Below are positions 1 through 9,129 of a stretch of DNA of 64,000 nucleotides, piece by piece. The translations under genes were made by a program, and so were the position numbers. Location: the NCBI GenBank assembly GCA_000002445.1, contig CP000067.1, forward strand, positions 160,001-224,000, in the 5' to 3' direction. This DNA is from Trypanosoma brucei (Eukaryota). The notes beneath the pieces are model-generated. The model was not told the DNA's origin. It made no database searches and saw nothing but the letters and a program-made list of their open reading frames with translations. How positions within the stretch are numbered: position 1 is the stretch's first letter; every line of letters begins with the position of its first letter.

Positions 1-3000
1 CGGACGCTGTGAACACCCATGAACAGTTTCTTCAGATGAGATTGAATGACAGAGGGATTGCGACTGTGGGCTAGAATCTCCAGCAAGTCATCATCGCTGA
101 TAAAGTAGAAGCGCGGGAAACTATCACGTTTCGCCTCAAGAAATTGATTCAGCGCACGCTGACAGCGATCTAGCTGTTCCAACACAGTATACAGTACGTC
201 CTTGAATTCCGTATGGCCTGCAAGGGAAACAAGACGACTATCAGCCGCGACAACCTTCATCACCTGCAAATACTCTTTATCAATCCTTGAAAAACGTTCC
301 TGTTCCTGTGGAAGTGCACCACGGCGGAAGATAGGCTCAAGGTACACCCACTTGCGTTGAATTTGGCTCATATTACGGAGGTATTCATCAAGACAGGCAA
401 GTCGCTCCTCCCATTTGTTTGCGTCGTTAGCAAAAATCCCAAAGTATGGAGACTCCTTCATACTCATTAAGAGTGCTTGGTTATCACTGAGAGCCGACAT
501 CGTGTCCTTCCACTCTGTAATGAGTTTAACACCTTCACGATCTGGATGCGGAATAAGTGTAAATTTAGCATTGTTACCCCACGAACGCACATCGTCTAAA
601 GCCTCACGGATCTGTGCCTCTCCTTGTGCCCGCGCATGAAGCTTCTTGAGATCTGCCTCACGCCTCAGAAGAGTTTCATGTTGATCTATAACGTCTCCAA
701 ATTTCAGTGTGTCTTGTGTGACACCTCGCACTCCAATCAGGCTGAACATTTCTCCCCAGTGACTTGGTGTAAAACCGTCACCCCGAAGGTACTTCAATAC
801 AGGTAGGCACCGCATCCAAGAGTCGAGAAGTGTACGGATGTGAACAGTTATTGGACTAGACGAAAACGTCCTCAACTGCTCTTCCCAGTGCCGCCCAAAA
901 TCCTCGAAACGGTAGCACTTCGCACGCATGATTATCCATGGTTCCGCACGAAGCACATCCAACTCTTCCTGAAACTTGACCAATATGTCCCACATTTGGA
1001 CATATTCTTCAATGTCACGTTCGAGATCCTCCAGCTCCTCGATGTCTGGCTCATCCAGTTGAAAATACTTACACTGCTGGATGCACTCCTCACCCTCCGC
1101 CTTTAAGGCCTTGAACTGCTCTCGGCGTTCGGTTACAATCTTCATTGCGTTGGGGGTATCAACGGTCTTGGGTTTCACCTCATGCCACTGGTTAGAGAAC
1201 CGCTCAAGATTTTTCATCCATGCACTGACAGTGTCTTCGACGGACATCTTCAGTGAATCGACCTGTTTCTCCATTTCCCGCTCAAATGCATCAAGACGGC
1301 GGGTAACCTCATCCCACCGTTGCTTTACGCCACGAAAGTCAAAATCTGACTTATTTGCCATACTCTGAAGCAAAACATTCTTGTTATGCAAATGATGAAA
1401 CTCAACCTCCACTGCTGGTCGCTTCTCCATCAACTTGGCATGTTGGAGGTTAGCCGCACCGATCTCTTCAAGCTTCGTTAACCTAGCACCCAATGCAGTG
1501 GTTACTTCGGCGATGTACTCCTCAATCCTAGAAAGATTCTTCTGAGCGCTGTCCCGGAGTGTGACATGAAGTACCTGGGACAACTTGTGAAGATGATCTT
1601 CCACTGTACCCTTGACGCCTGCTGTACAGATCGTAATGCAACCGCATTTAATAAAGAGTTCTTCGGCATTAATTTCTTTACCCTTTTGCTTCAGCAAACG
1701 CACGCTCTGCTCCCAATGTTGCACCTCCTTCAGAGTGTGACCCACAATGTCCTCTAGTGATGGGTTTCCTCCTTTCCCACAGCGTCCGATAACAAGCAAA
1801 GGATGAAAACGCTTCAGCTCTTGTTGCACTTTCTTAAAAAGTTGCGCGGCATGCTTCATAACGGCAAAGATGCCGCGCTCATTGTTCCCTGGCATTGCGC
1901 CGAAGATATCGCTGTTACCGCACCCACGGAATCGAAGTGGGAACGTTATGAAGTCCTTTATCCTTTGATAGTACTGCCCACGTATAACATCTATATTGGG
2001 GCGCAGTGTAGCCAACCCAGTATCCGGATCGTACGTGATGTCCGCCTTAATCTCCGCAACAACTTCGTGAAGGCTCTCAAGGCCCAGTTGATATTGATGC
2101 TCTAGTGCCTTGTATATTTGCATATCCCAAAACTGCTTCCATGATTCCATATTGTTGAAGCCTGATGTTTCCATTTTCTCCCTGATGAGACGTACCTTCC
2201 CCGTCCAGCGCTCCCTCAATCGCAGGAGATCAATGCTGAACAGCTCGATCACAATTGACTCAATCTCCCTGTGCAGCTTGTGAAGCCGACGATTAGCATC
2301 AGTCAGCGCCTGAGATGCACGACGCAACTTGCCAATGAACCGCTCGGCGTCGTCCGTGTTCCTCCACGTCAACTTTCTGTCACCGCTTGCAGTAATAATA
2401 TTCTCAAAAGCCAGGGCAGGTTCAAGCAGCATCGCCTGCGTGCAAGGTATAATGTTCTCCTTCATGGAATTGTATGTACTGGCGACCTGCTTGAGCGCCA
2501 CACCGTTGCGGTAGAAACGGATGCCCTGATCCACCATCTCCTGTATGGCAGTGCTTATGCGAAACCCCAAGCTTCTGAATATACGCACCTCACGAATGAG
2601 TTGCACCAACCTCTCCGGGTAATTCACTCTCACACTACCGTCACCTGCAATGTCCATAAGTGGTGCATTCGCGTCAAGCATCAGCACATGCTTGCTACCC
2701 TCAACGTCCATTGTCCATTGTTTGAAAGTCTCAATCACATAATCGTCAATTTCTTCCATCAATGTGTTTGCTGAACGCAAAAACTCCCCTGCATTCTGCA
2801 AGTCGTTCAAAAGAGATTTGCACATTGAAATCATATCACTCGTTCGACCCCGAAGTTGTCGGAGCCAAATCATATTATTTACCACACCGGGCATAAAACG
2901 CCCCGCTTGGCAACGGCGGTCTTCTTCATCAAGAGCGACATCGTCCTCCACGCTTTCCGAACGCCGCTCGAATTCCATGCGAATGCTTTGAAGCCGCTCA

Positions 3001-4301
3001 TTCAACTTGGCAAGGAGGGCGTCACGCTCGTTCACAAGTTCCTTTGACACAGCAGGCCTTCGTATGAGCTGACGAAACTTCACCACTTCATTAAGAATCG
3101 TTTGTGGCGCCAAGTTGCCCCGCTCTCCAAAGAAGTCACTGAGAGCAGATGCACAACGATGCTCGACTGGCTGGAGGCGACGGTAAAAGGCGTCCAAACA
3201 ATTTGTCCACAACTGCTCTACAGCGGGAGTAGTAGCGAATATATCAAGGGAATCGAAGGTCTCCCATAATGTCTCCGTACGTAGCGACTGCAACTTGTCG
3301 GCGGCAGTAAGAAGTTCGACAATCTCATCCACCAAGTCGCGAATAGAAACGACAACACTCAACCGATCACGCACCGTTATCAGCTGAACGTCCTCGAATG
3401 CTGTACCCCATGAAGAACCCCAGTCAACTGTCGTGAGTCTTTTGCACATATTCACCCATTCATCACAGCAACCAAGTGCCACTTCAGTAATATTCTTCGA
3501 ACCGCTGAACACACCACCGGCGTCTAGTGTTTTCTTAGCAAAGTATTCCCGCAGGTTAGACCCCACAGTTTTCATGAGGAACACAACTTTTGTACGGATT
3601 GCTGTGTCCTGATCACTGTCATTCCAGAAGTCAGTTATTGCCATCTGCGCATCCTCTAACATGTCTGTGACATGCGACGGCTCCACACTGTCCATATTTC
3701 CCCATGCCTGGGAGAGAACAGTTTCAGCGAAGGAGGAGGTGCACATGCCCCCAAGGACACGACGAAGGGACTTCATGTACAACAAAACTTTCGTGTCGTC
3801 CTCCTCGCTAGATTGGAGGGAAAACAACACATAACCTGCAACGACCGTATCCAACCGTTGCCCCCCTCGGGGTGTGAGGCACTTGGGAAAATCTGAAACT
3901 TGGAACACCTGCAATTCCGAGTGCTTAATGAGGTAACGCATATACGTTACCTCAACCACAGAGGTTATAGGAGGGCTGTCACCGGGTAATTCGTTGAAAT
4001 CGAGGTCACGAACACGAACGGCCTCCGCAAACCGTAGAACAGTAAAGTTCTCCCGAGCATCAATGTTCACATCAGTTAAACCAACCTTAGTTGTTCCCGC
4101 CTCAGATCCACATGCCGCCTTGACGAAACCACTAAATAACGCAGCGGCAATTGGCGGACACTTCTCGCTTCCGACGGCAATCTGCAGCTCAACGACGTCG
4201 GAACGGCGGTTAGTTGAACTCACGGAGGCGCCCAACTGCTTGAGTGTTTCCCCTGCCACATCTACGCACACATCTGAAATATCCTTCTCTGCCGAAACCA
4301 T
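1..4301 (-). CDS. Dynein heavy chain, N-terminal tail/linker region. Partial: the ATG is at 4301 and the gene continues past the left edge of the window.
   Basis: My manual translation of the minus strand from the ATG at 4301 (in-frame stop just upstream at 4323-4325) runs about 1430 codons without a stop. It contains the DHC_N2 signature ...RKWVYLEPIFRRGALPQEQERFSRIDKEY...AKRDSFPRFYFISDDDLLEILAHSRNPSVIQSHLKKLF... The ORF track shows only short antisense plus-strand ORFs here because the stop codon is off-window. Confidence 0.88.
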   Translation of the reverse strand, partial: MVSAEKDISDVCVDVAGETLKQLGASVSSTNRRSDVVELQIAVGSEKCPPIAAALFSGFVKAACGSEAGTTKVGLTDVNIDARENFTVLRFAEAVRVRDLDFNELPGDSPPITSVVEVTYMRYLIKHSELQVFQVSDFPKCLTPRGGQRLDTVVAGYVLFSLQSSEEDDTKVLLYMKSLRRVLGGMCTSSFAETVLSQAWGNMDSVEPSHVTDMLEDAQMAITDFWNDSDQDTAIRTKVVFLMKTVGSNLREYFAKKTLDAGGVFSGSKNITEVALGCCDEWVNMCKRLTTVDWGSSWGTAFEDVQLITVRDRLSVVVSIRDLVDEIVELLTAADKLQSLRTETLWETFDSLDIFATTPAVEQLWTNCLDAFYRRLQPVEHRCASALSDFFGERGNLAPQTILNEVVKFRQLIRRPAVSKELVNERDALLAKLNERLQSIRMEFERRSESVEDDVALDEEDRRCQAGRFMPGVVNNMIWLRQLRGRTSDMISMCKSLLNDLQNAGEFLRSANTLMEEIDDYVIETFKQWTMDVEGSKHVLMLDANAPLMDIAGDGSVRVNYPERLVQLIREVRIFRSLGFRISTAIQEMVDQGIRFYRNGVALKQVASTYNSMKENIIPCTQAMLLEPALAFENIITASGDRKLTWRNTDDAERFIGKLRRASQALTDANRRLHKLHREIESIVIELFSIDLLRLRERWTGKVRLIREKMETSGFNNMESWKQFWDMQIYKALEHQYQLGLESLHEVVAEIKADITYDPDTGLATLRPNIDVIRGQYYQRIKDFITFPLRFRGCGNSDIFGAMPGNNERGIFAVMKHAAQLFKKVQQELKRFHPLLVIGRCGKGGNPSLEDIVGHTLKEVQHWEQSVRLLKQKGKEINAEELFIKCGCITICTAGVKGTVEDHLHKLSQVLHVTLRDSAQKNLSRIEEYIAEVTTALGARLTKLEEIGAANLQHAKLMEKRPAVEVEFHHLHNKNVLLQSMANKSDFDFRGVKQRWDEVTRRLDAFEREMEKQVDSLKMSVEDTVSAWMKNLERFSNQWHEVKPKTVDTPNAMKIVTERREQFKALKAEGEECIQQCKYFQLDEPDIEELEDLERDIEEYVQMWDILVKFQEELDVLRAEPWIIMRAKCYRFEDFGRHWEEQLRTFSSSPITVHIRTLLDSWMRCLPVLKYLRGDGFTPSHWGEMFSLIGVRGVTQDTLKFGDVIDQHETLLRREADLKKLHARAQGEAQIREALDDVRSWGNNAKFTLIPHPDREGVKLITEWKDTMSALSDNQALLMSMKESPYFGIFANDANKWEERLACLDEYLRNMSQIQRKWVYLEPIFRRGALPQEQERFSRIDKEYLQVMKVVAADSRLVSLAGHTEFKDVLYTVLEQLDRCQRALNQFLEAKRDSFPRFYFISDDDLLEILAHSRNPSVIQSHLKKLFMGVHSV

Positions 4302-5136
4302 TTCTACAACTGCGCCTTCCCTTTATATTCAACAAGTTTGCTTCGAACGTCCTGATGAATTCAAAAAAAATATATACGCGAAGCACCTCCAACCACTCCT
4401 TTTTATCTTACCGTGCAGGAAGAAAAAGTATAGTCCTTCCTTTTCTTTTTTTTGTTTTTCGTTGCCCTGCTACACCTCTTATCAGTTTTTTTTGTTTTTT
4501 TTCTTTTAGTTACCTACACAACTTGATTCCTCACACCCTTATTCTTTCAACGGAACAATTGCTGCCTTTCTTTCTTTCTAAAATTACAGCCGCATATTCA
4601 AATTGATGACAGAAAGGGGAAAAAGAAAGCAACAACCAATTAATTGATTAATCAATAGAATGAAGTCACAAACCTCAAAAGAAAAAAAAATGGTAGTGCT
4701 ACAGCATCTTGCTCAGTATGTCCCTCGCTTATGAGCAAATGCGGTGCATCCCATCGTATTAAGGGAAAACAAAAAAAAAAGAGCGCGGCAGAGTAACAAT
4801 GTGGATAAAATCTTCCCCATCCCCCGGGAATATATGCTAACACAAATATCTGGAACAGTTAAAAGCAAAGCACATCTGCCAATATAAAAATGTAACTATG
4901 ATCATCGGCATCAACTTGTTCGACAAGCAAATGAGACAAGTGTACAAACGATGGGACATTGGGGAAGGGGGGAGAGGAATGAAATGATCGAACGCACGCA
5001 ACCGTCCATAGTGGCATGGCTACTGTCTGTTGGTTAATCCACTGATGCAAAAGAAACACAAAGAAGGGGAAGGAAGGGACTCGCACCCGCGCAAGCATGA
5101 GTGAAAAAAAAAAATGGACAAAAAAGAAAACATTCA

Positions 5137-6933
5137 TTACAAACCTCCCTCACTCATTATTTGCTCCACTGCCCCGAGCACCACAGCAGCACATCGCGCC
5201 ATATCAACCCTCTGACACCTCTTAACTTGCGTAACTCCTCCAAGTGACTGTTCAAGCCAAAAAAGTGCAGGGAGCCCAATGAGCTCATGCGTGATGAGGC
5301 GCTCAAAGTTCGGTGAGTCCTTGCGATATCTCAACAAAGTTGATGTATCAAAACCAAATAATTCCTTACCGACAGATTCAAGGCCAAAAGCCCGCGCCGA
5401 TCGAATACCGTCCGACAACTCAAGTTGAACTAAAAAGCGCTCTTCCACCGACGCCTCAGGGCAGCTCGAGCATACGGAGGTTTCATTGCCAACTTTCCTT
5501 CCGCATGCAGAGCAGGCCGTATATGTCAGTGGATGTTTCACACCTTTTACCTTTGCTAGGACGGGTAGCGACTCGGATATTTCATCCAAATCAAAAACCA
5601 ACTGCACAATATCGGCGTTGTGTGTACCGCCTGCCACCTCCTCCTGTTTTGAAGTGTGTGGAGGCTGCTCCTCAGGGCGCTCATTACTGGCAACATCCAC
5701 CCGGCCTTTCGGGCTCATCACAAAGGCGCTACTTACACATCTACTAGAGGCAGTAATTCTACCACCGAAAATACGGACAAGAAAATTCGAAAAGCACCAC
5801 TGCTCACCAACAACTGGTACCACGATCGCCCCCATATCACCCCAGAGAGTTACTTCAATGGAATGCTGCAGGGAGTTTAGATCTCTCAACTCAACTACTG
5901 ACCTCCCAACATGTCCGTATCGCGTGTTAACTAATGTAGTTGGGGAGAACGCCGCCACCTCTCCATAAACGGAAACAATGTCCCCCACCTCGCAACACTC
6001 CACAAGGTACTGTACCGAACAAGAAAAAAACACGTACCGAGGATGCTTGGGAATAAGGTGTTCAGCTCCAGCACAGCATCCCGGAGTTGAAGACCAATCG
6101 AACACGTTCAGTTTTTCACTGTACCCGGATTCGCCTTTGTCCACAAAAGCAGGGTTTCGACATCGGATGCAATCACCAACATCAAACATATCACTAATCA
6201 CAGAACTGCCGAAGAATGACACAGAAACGGCGTCACCGTCAGCGTCGACTCCCACGCAATCCACAGCGAACCGCCCAAGTATTCCACTAGATGCAACTTG
6301 CCGTATTTTATTCTTCCACACCACGCGGAGGTAAACGACACAATCATTGAACCCTTTCCCCTCCGCTGTGACCACCTGTCGAATAGTCCGCGCGCCGTAG
6401 TCCCCAAGGGGAGTTGACTGCCACGTAGCGCTGCTGCTGCTGCACGTATTGGTGTAGCGGTATACAAGCGCGTTGGCTGAAAGACGGAAGAGATTGGAAT
6501 TAAATACTGGGTTTCCCAACAACGGGTACACTGTGTTAGAGTGGGTAATGGACAAAGGCACAACGACATTCCGCCCATTTCGGGCGGCAACTAAAGTGTA
6601 CTCTCTCAGCTTCACGCAATAACCGATTTCTATTTGAAATGTACTGACAAGTTCTTCCATCCCAGTGGAAGGGGGAATCACTAGCCATATCAGTGAGAGG
6701 GTGTCTGATAATGCGAGATAAAACAGCGATTGAGTAGAAGATTGCACTACTCTTTCCGGAAACCGTTGAATGTCAATTACCTGCAGCGAGGGGTTAGGCC
6801 ATCGTAACGTGAAAGTTTCACCACGGGAATCACCCGAAAGAGGGGCCGTCAGTGCGCTTTCGCAGAATCCTGTCGTTAATTGGAACATGTCTTCTTTGCC
6901 TTTGACTGTGTTTATGCAAAATAACTCGGCCAT
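5137..6933 (-). CDS. RPA70 (replication protein A large subunit)-like OB-fold protein with a C-terminal C4 zinc ribbon.
   Basis: Track ORF 5137..6963 begins with GTG; the first ATG is at 6933 (MAELFCINT...). A DBD-B-like segment reads ...VELRDLNSLQHSIEVTLWGDMGAIV.... A DBD-C-like zinc ribbon reads YTACSACGRKVGNETSVCSSCPEAS (C-x2-C-x10-C-x2-C), followed by RFLVQLELSDGIRSARAFG, resembling RPA70 YxxCxxxxCNKKV.... Confidence 0.6.
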   Translation of the reverse strand: MAELFCINTVKGKEDMFQLTTGFCESALTAPLSGDSRGETFTLRWPNPSLQVIDIQRFPERVVQSSTQSLFYLALSDTLSLIWLVIPPSTGMEELVSTFQIEIGYCVKLREYTLVAARNGRNVVVPLSITHSNTVYPLLGNPVFNSNLFRLSANALVYRYTNTCSSSSATWQSTPLGDYGARTIRQVVTAEGKGFNDCVVYLRVVWKNKIRQVASSGILGRFAVDCVGVDADGDAVSVSFFGSSVISDMFDVGDCIRCRNPAFVDKGESGYSEKLNVFDWSSTPGCCAGAEHLIPKHPRYVFFSCSVQYLVECCEVGDIVSVYGEVAAFSPTTLVNTRYGHVGRSVVELRDLNSLQHSIEVTLWGDMGAIVVPVVGEQWCFSNFLVRIFGGRITASSRCVSSAFVMSPKGRVDVASNERPEEQPPHTSKQEEVAGGTHNADIVQLVFDLDEISESLPVLAKVKGVKHPLTYTACSACGRKVGNETSVCSSCPEASVEERFLVQLELSDGIRSARAFGLESVGKELFGFDTSTLLRYRKDSPNFERLITHELIGLPALFWLEQSLGGVTQVKRCQRVDMARCAAVVLGAVEQIMSEGGL

Positions 6934-7193
6934 GCAAAAAAAAAAAGACGTGAGGGAGGCCACGAAAGTGGTAGCACCAAGTGCAATCAGTATAAAATAT
7001 CCAAAAAAAATACCTCAACCAGGGCACGTAGACGAAACGAATAGAATGCAAAATAAGTTAGAAGACATTCCAACTACAGATTTTCTTTCTTTAAAAGGAG
7101 CGAGGAAAATCCGTCACTATATATCTAGTCAACAACATAATTTCCCAATCTATGGTTTTCATGAACAATGAATTAAAGAAATTGAAACTGGGG

Positions 7194-8474
7194 CTAATGC
7201 GTCATGCGACGTGACACATCAAAGGGATACGGCTGTGGGCACAATTCGCGAGGAGCTGGGACGGCAGCAGAGCTCTCTACAACGGCTCCATGACTTGGGA
7301 GTGGAAACGCAAGCCGATCTAGCAGCTGCGCAAACATAGGCGATGGTTCACCACGGGTCAGCTCCCCTGTAAAGTTTGACACTGATTCAAAACTGGTGTT
7401 GCAAGTGGGAGTTTCTGAGGAAACAACTGCATCTGTTAAGGGTGAAAGCGCACCAGTCCTGTCAAGAGACAATTCCTTAGTTGTTTTCTCCAATTTAGAA
7501 TGGCACATATCACCTGAAACTGGGGTGCTAACCACCGCACCCTTTGAACAGCACGATGCTTCCACTGGCCGAGAGGCAATCCCATACCGAATTGTACCTG
7601 CGGAAGACGACCGTAATCCAGAACGGTAAACTTTTCCCCGGGGCGGAAACTCCACATTCGACGCATCAACAGCCTTTGCATGGGTGAGAGTTACTTCACT
7701 AACCGTCCTGCGGTGTTGCGACCGCGGTGGATTCTTAAATGCATTTGCTCCTGTTCTTTCAGTCCCTGACGTATCTTTGTTCTGCTGGGAATGTGAAACC
7801 TCGGTTGTTTTTTGCCCCTCCGCCTGCACATTTGTAGAGTGTTTGGATTTGGTCCTTGCCCCGATGCGTCTCAACAGCTTACGGCGAAGTGGTGACGATG
7901 AAAACATAGATGATTTTTTGTATGCAGTGGTGCACACCGCTAGTTCATCTTTGTACACATGGAACGCACTACCTTGCTGCTTGCTAGGGACTGACAAGGA
8001 GGCCGCCGCTCGCACCGTTTCCTTATGCTGCGGATACGGTTCCTTCTTCACAATGCTACCTTCCCCCTTCGTTCCACAGTAACGCTTCATTTGCTTGTTC
8101 CACACAGAAACTGGGGCCATAAACCAAGGTAGGTTTTCCTTTCCCCCCTGTGGTGGCCCCTGTGCTTCACACAATTCAAGAGAGTACCTCTGGAGCTCCG
8201 ACATTTCAGACTTTTCTAACTGTTTATGGGAGTTTCTACAACGTACACTACATTCTCTTTCACCCAGCTTAGATTGTGTTGACGGGCCGGAGAATGTTGA
8301 CTTTTGTGATGGTGCTCGCATAAGACCCGCCCTTGTGGTTGCCGCTCGCAGGCGCTGCCGGCACTCTTCACGCATCTTCTGCCGCCACGCTATCAAGTCT
8401 TGTTGAACCATCGATTCCTCACCACAACATTCCGCCGCTTTGGTCTTTTGCGAGGGCACCACACCATTTACCAT
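7194..8474 (-). CDS. Hypothetical protein, Ser/Thr/Lys-rich and low-complexity.
   Basis: Long minus-strand ORF co-directional with its neighbours. The track start at 8558 is TTG; the first ATG is at 8474 (MVNGVVPSQKTKAAE...). I recognised no domain. Confidence 0.55.
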   Translation of the reverse strand: MVNGVVPSQKTKAAECCGEESMVQQDLIAWRQKMREECRQRLRAATTRAGLMRAPSQKSTFSGPSTQSKLGERECSVRCRNSHKQLEKSEMSELQRYSLELCEAQGPPQGGKENLPWFMAPVSVWNKQMKRYCGTKGEGSIVKKEPYPQHKETVRAAASLSVPSKQQGSAFHVYKDELAVCTTAYKKSSMFSSSPLRRKLLRRIGARTKSKHSTNVQAEGQKTTEVSHSQQNKDTSGTERTGANAFKNPPRSQHRRTVSEVTLTHAKAVDASNVEFPPRGKVYRSGLRSSSAGTIRYGIASRPVEASCCSKGAVVSTPVSGDMCHSKLEKTTKELSLDRTGALSPLTDAVVSSETPTCNTSFESVSNFTGELTRGEPSPMFAQLLDRLAFPLPSHGAVVESSAAVPAPRELCPQPYPFDVSRRMTH

Positions 8475-9129
8475 CCTCCACCGGCCAACGACGCCGTTGT
8501 TTACACGGTTACGGGTGGAAAATGCAGTCGTAGGTAGCACTAATGAACAACGGGCCAAGTGAAATGAGGGTATGAGGAAAATAAAAAGATGGTCGAGTCA
8601 GCTGCAAGTTTGGAGGGAAATTGCGTGGAGTGATGGAACAAAACTGCCTAACCTAACAATGCCGGGTTAAAACTTATAAGTCAGCGACGATATACTGTTG
8701 TTGTTTTTCTTCTTGGTTCCTCATTTTTGTGTTTTTTTTTACTAAAAAAGAAAAAATGACGATCCACCGTTAGTTGCGCCCGCTGCCTTCACGGTAATGT
8801 CCTCTTTAACCTTTCCTTAAGTTAACGCTGCACATACACACACGCACAGAAACAGACTCTTCCTTTCTTTTCCACCCAAATGGAGGGCTCCGCTTTCACC
8901 CTTCCATCGAACCCGCACGGTACACACTCCAGAAAACCTTCGAACTGCTCGCATGCGCCACTGCTGACTAACAGAGACAGTCCACACCTCAACCACTACT
9001 TTCTCTCGCTTTCCTTCACCCAGAAATGACTCGTCAGGAATTTTCAGCAAAAACAGAAAAACGTACACATACACACATCGCAACCAAGGCGACGACATGT
9101 TAATCCCGAGAAGTCAATATCTCTCGGGA

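Noticed and set aside
2271-4509. Plus-strand ORFs of 100-171 aa (2271..2774, 3994..4509), and similar ones elsewhere (10118..10720, 33775..34182, 55580..56122).
   Set aside because: They lie antisense to strongly supported minus-strand genes (dynein, EMC1, HECT and others). Their products are low-complexity with no motifs, as expected by chance opposite GC-balanced coding sequence.
4652-5137. Short minus-strand ORFs inside inter-CDS regions (4652..4843, 4859..5137, 11684..12112, 13500..13973, 48406..48657 and others).
   Set aside because: They translate to Phe/Leu/Cys-rich low-complexity peptides derived from T-rich UTR sequence. They have no ATG in a good context and show no conservation signals.
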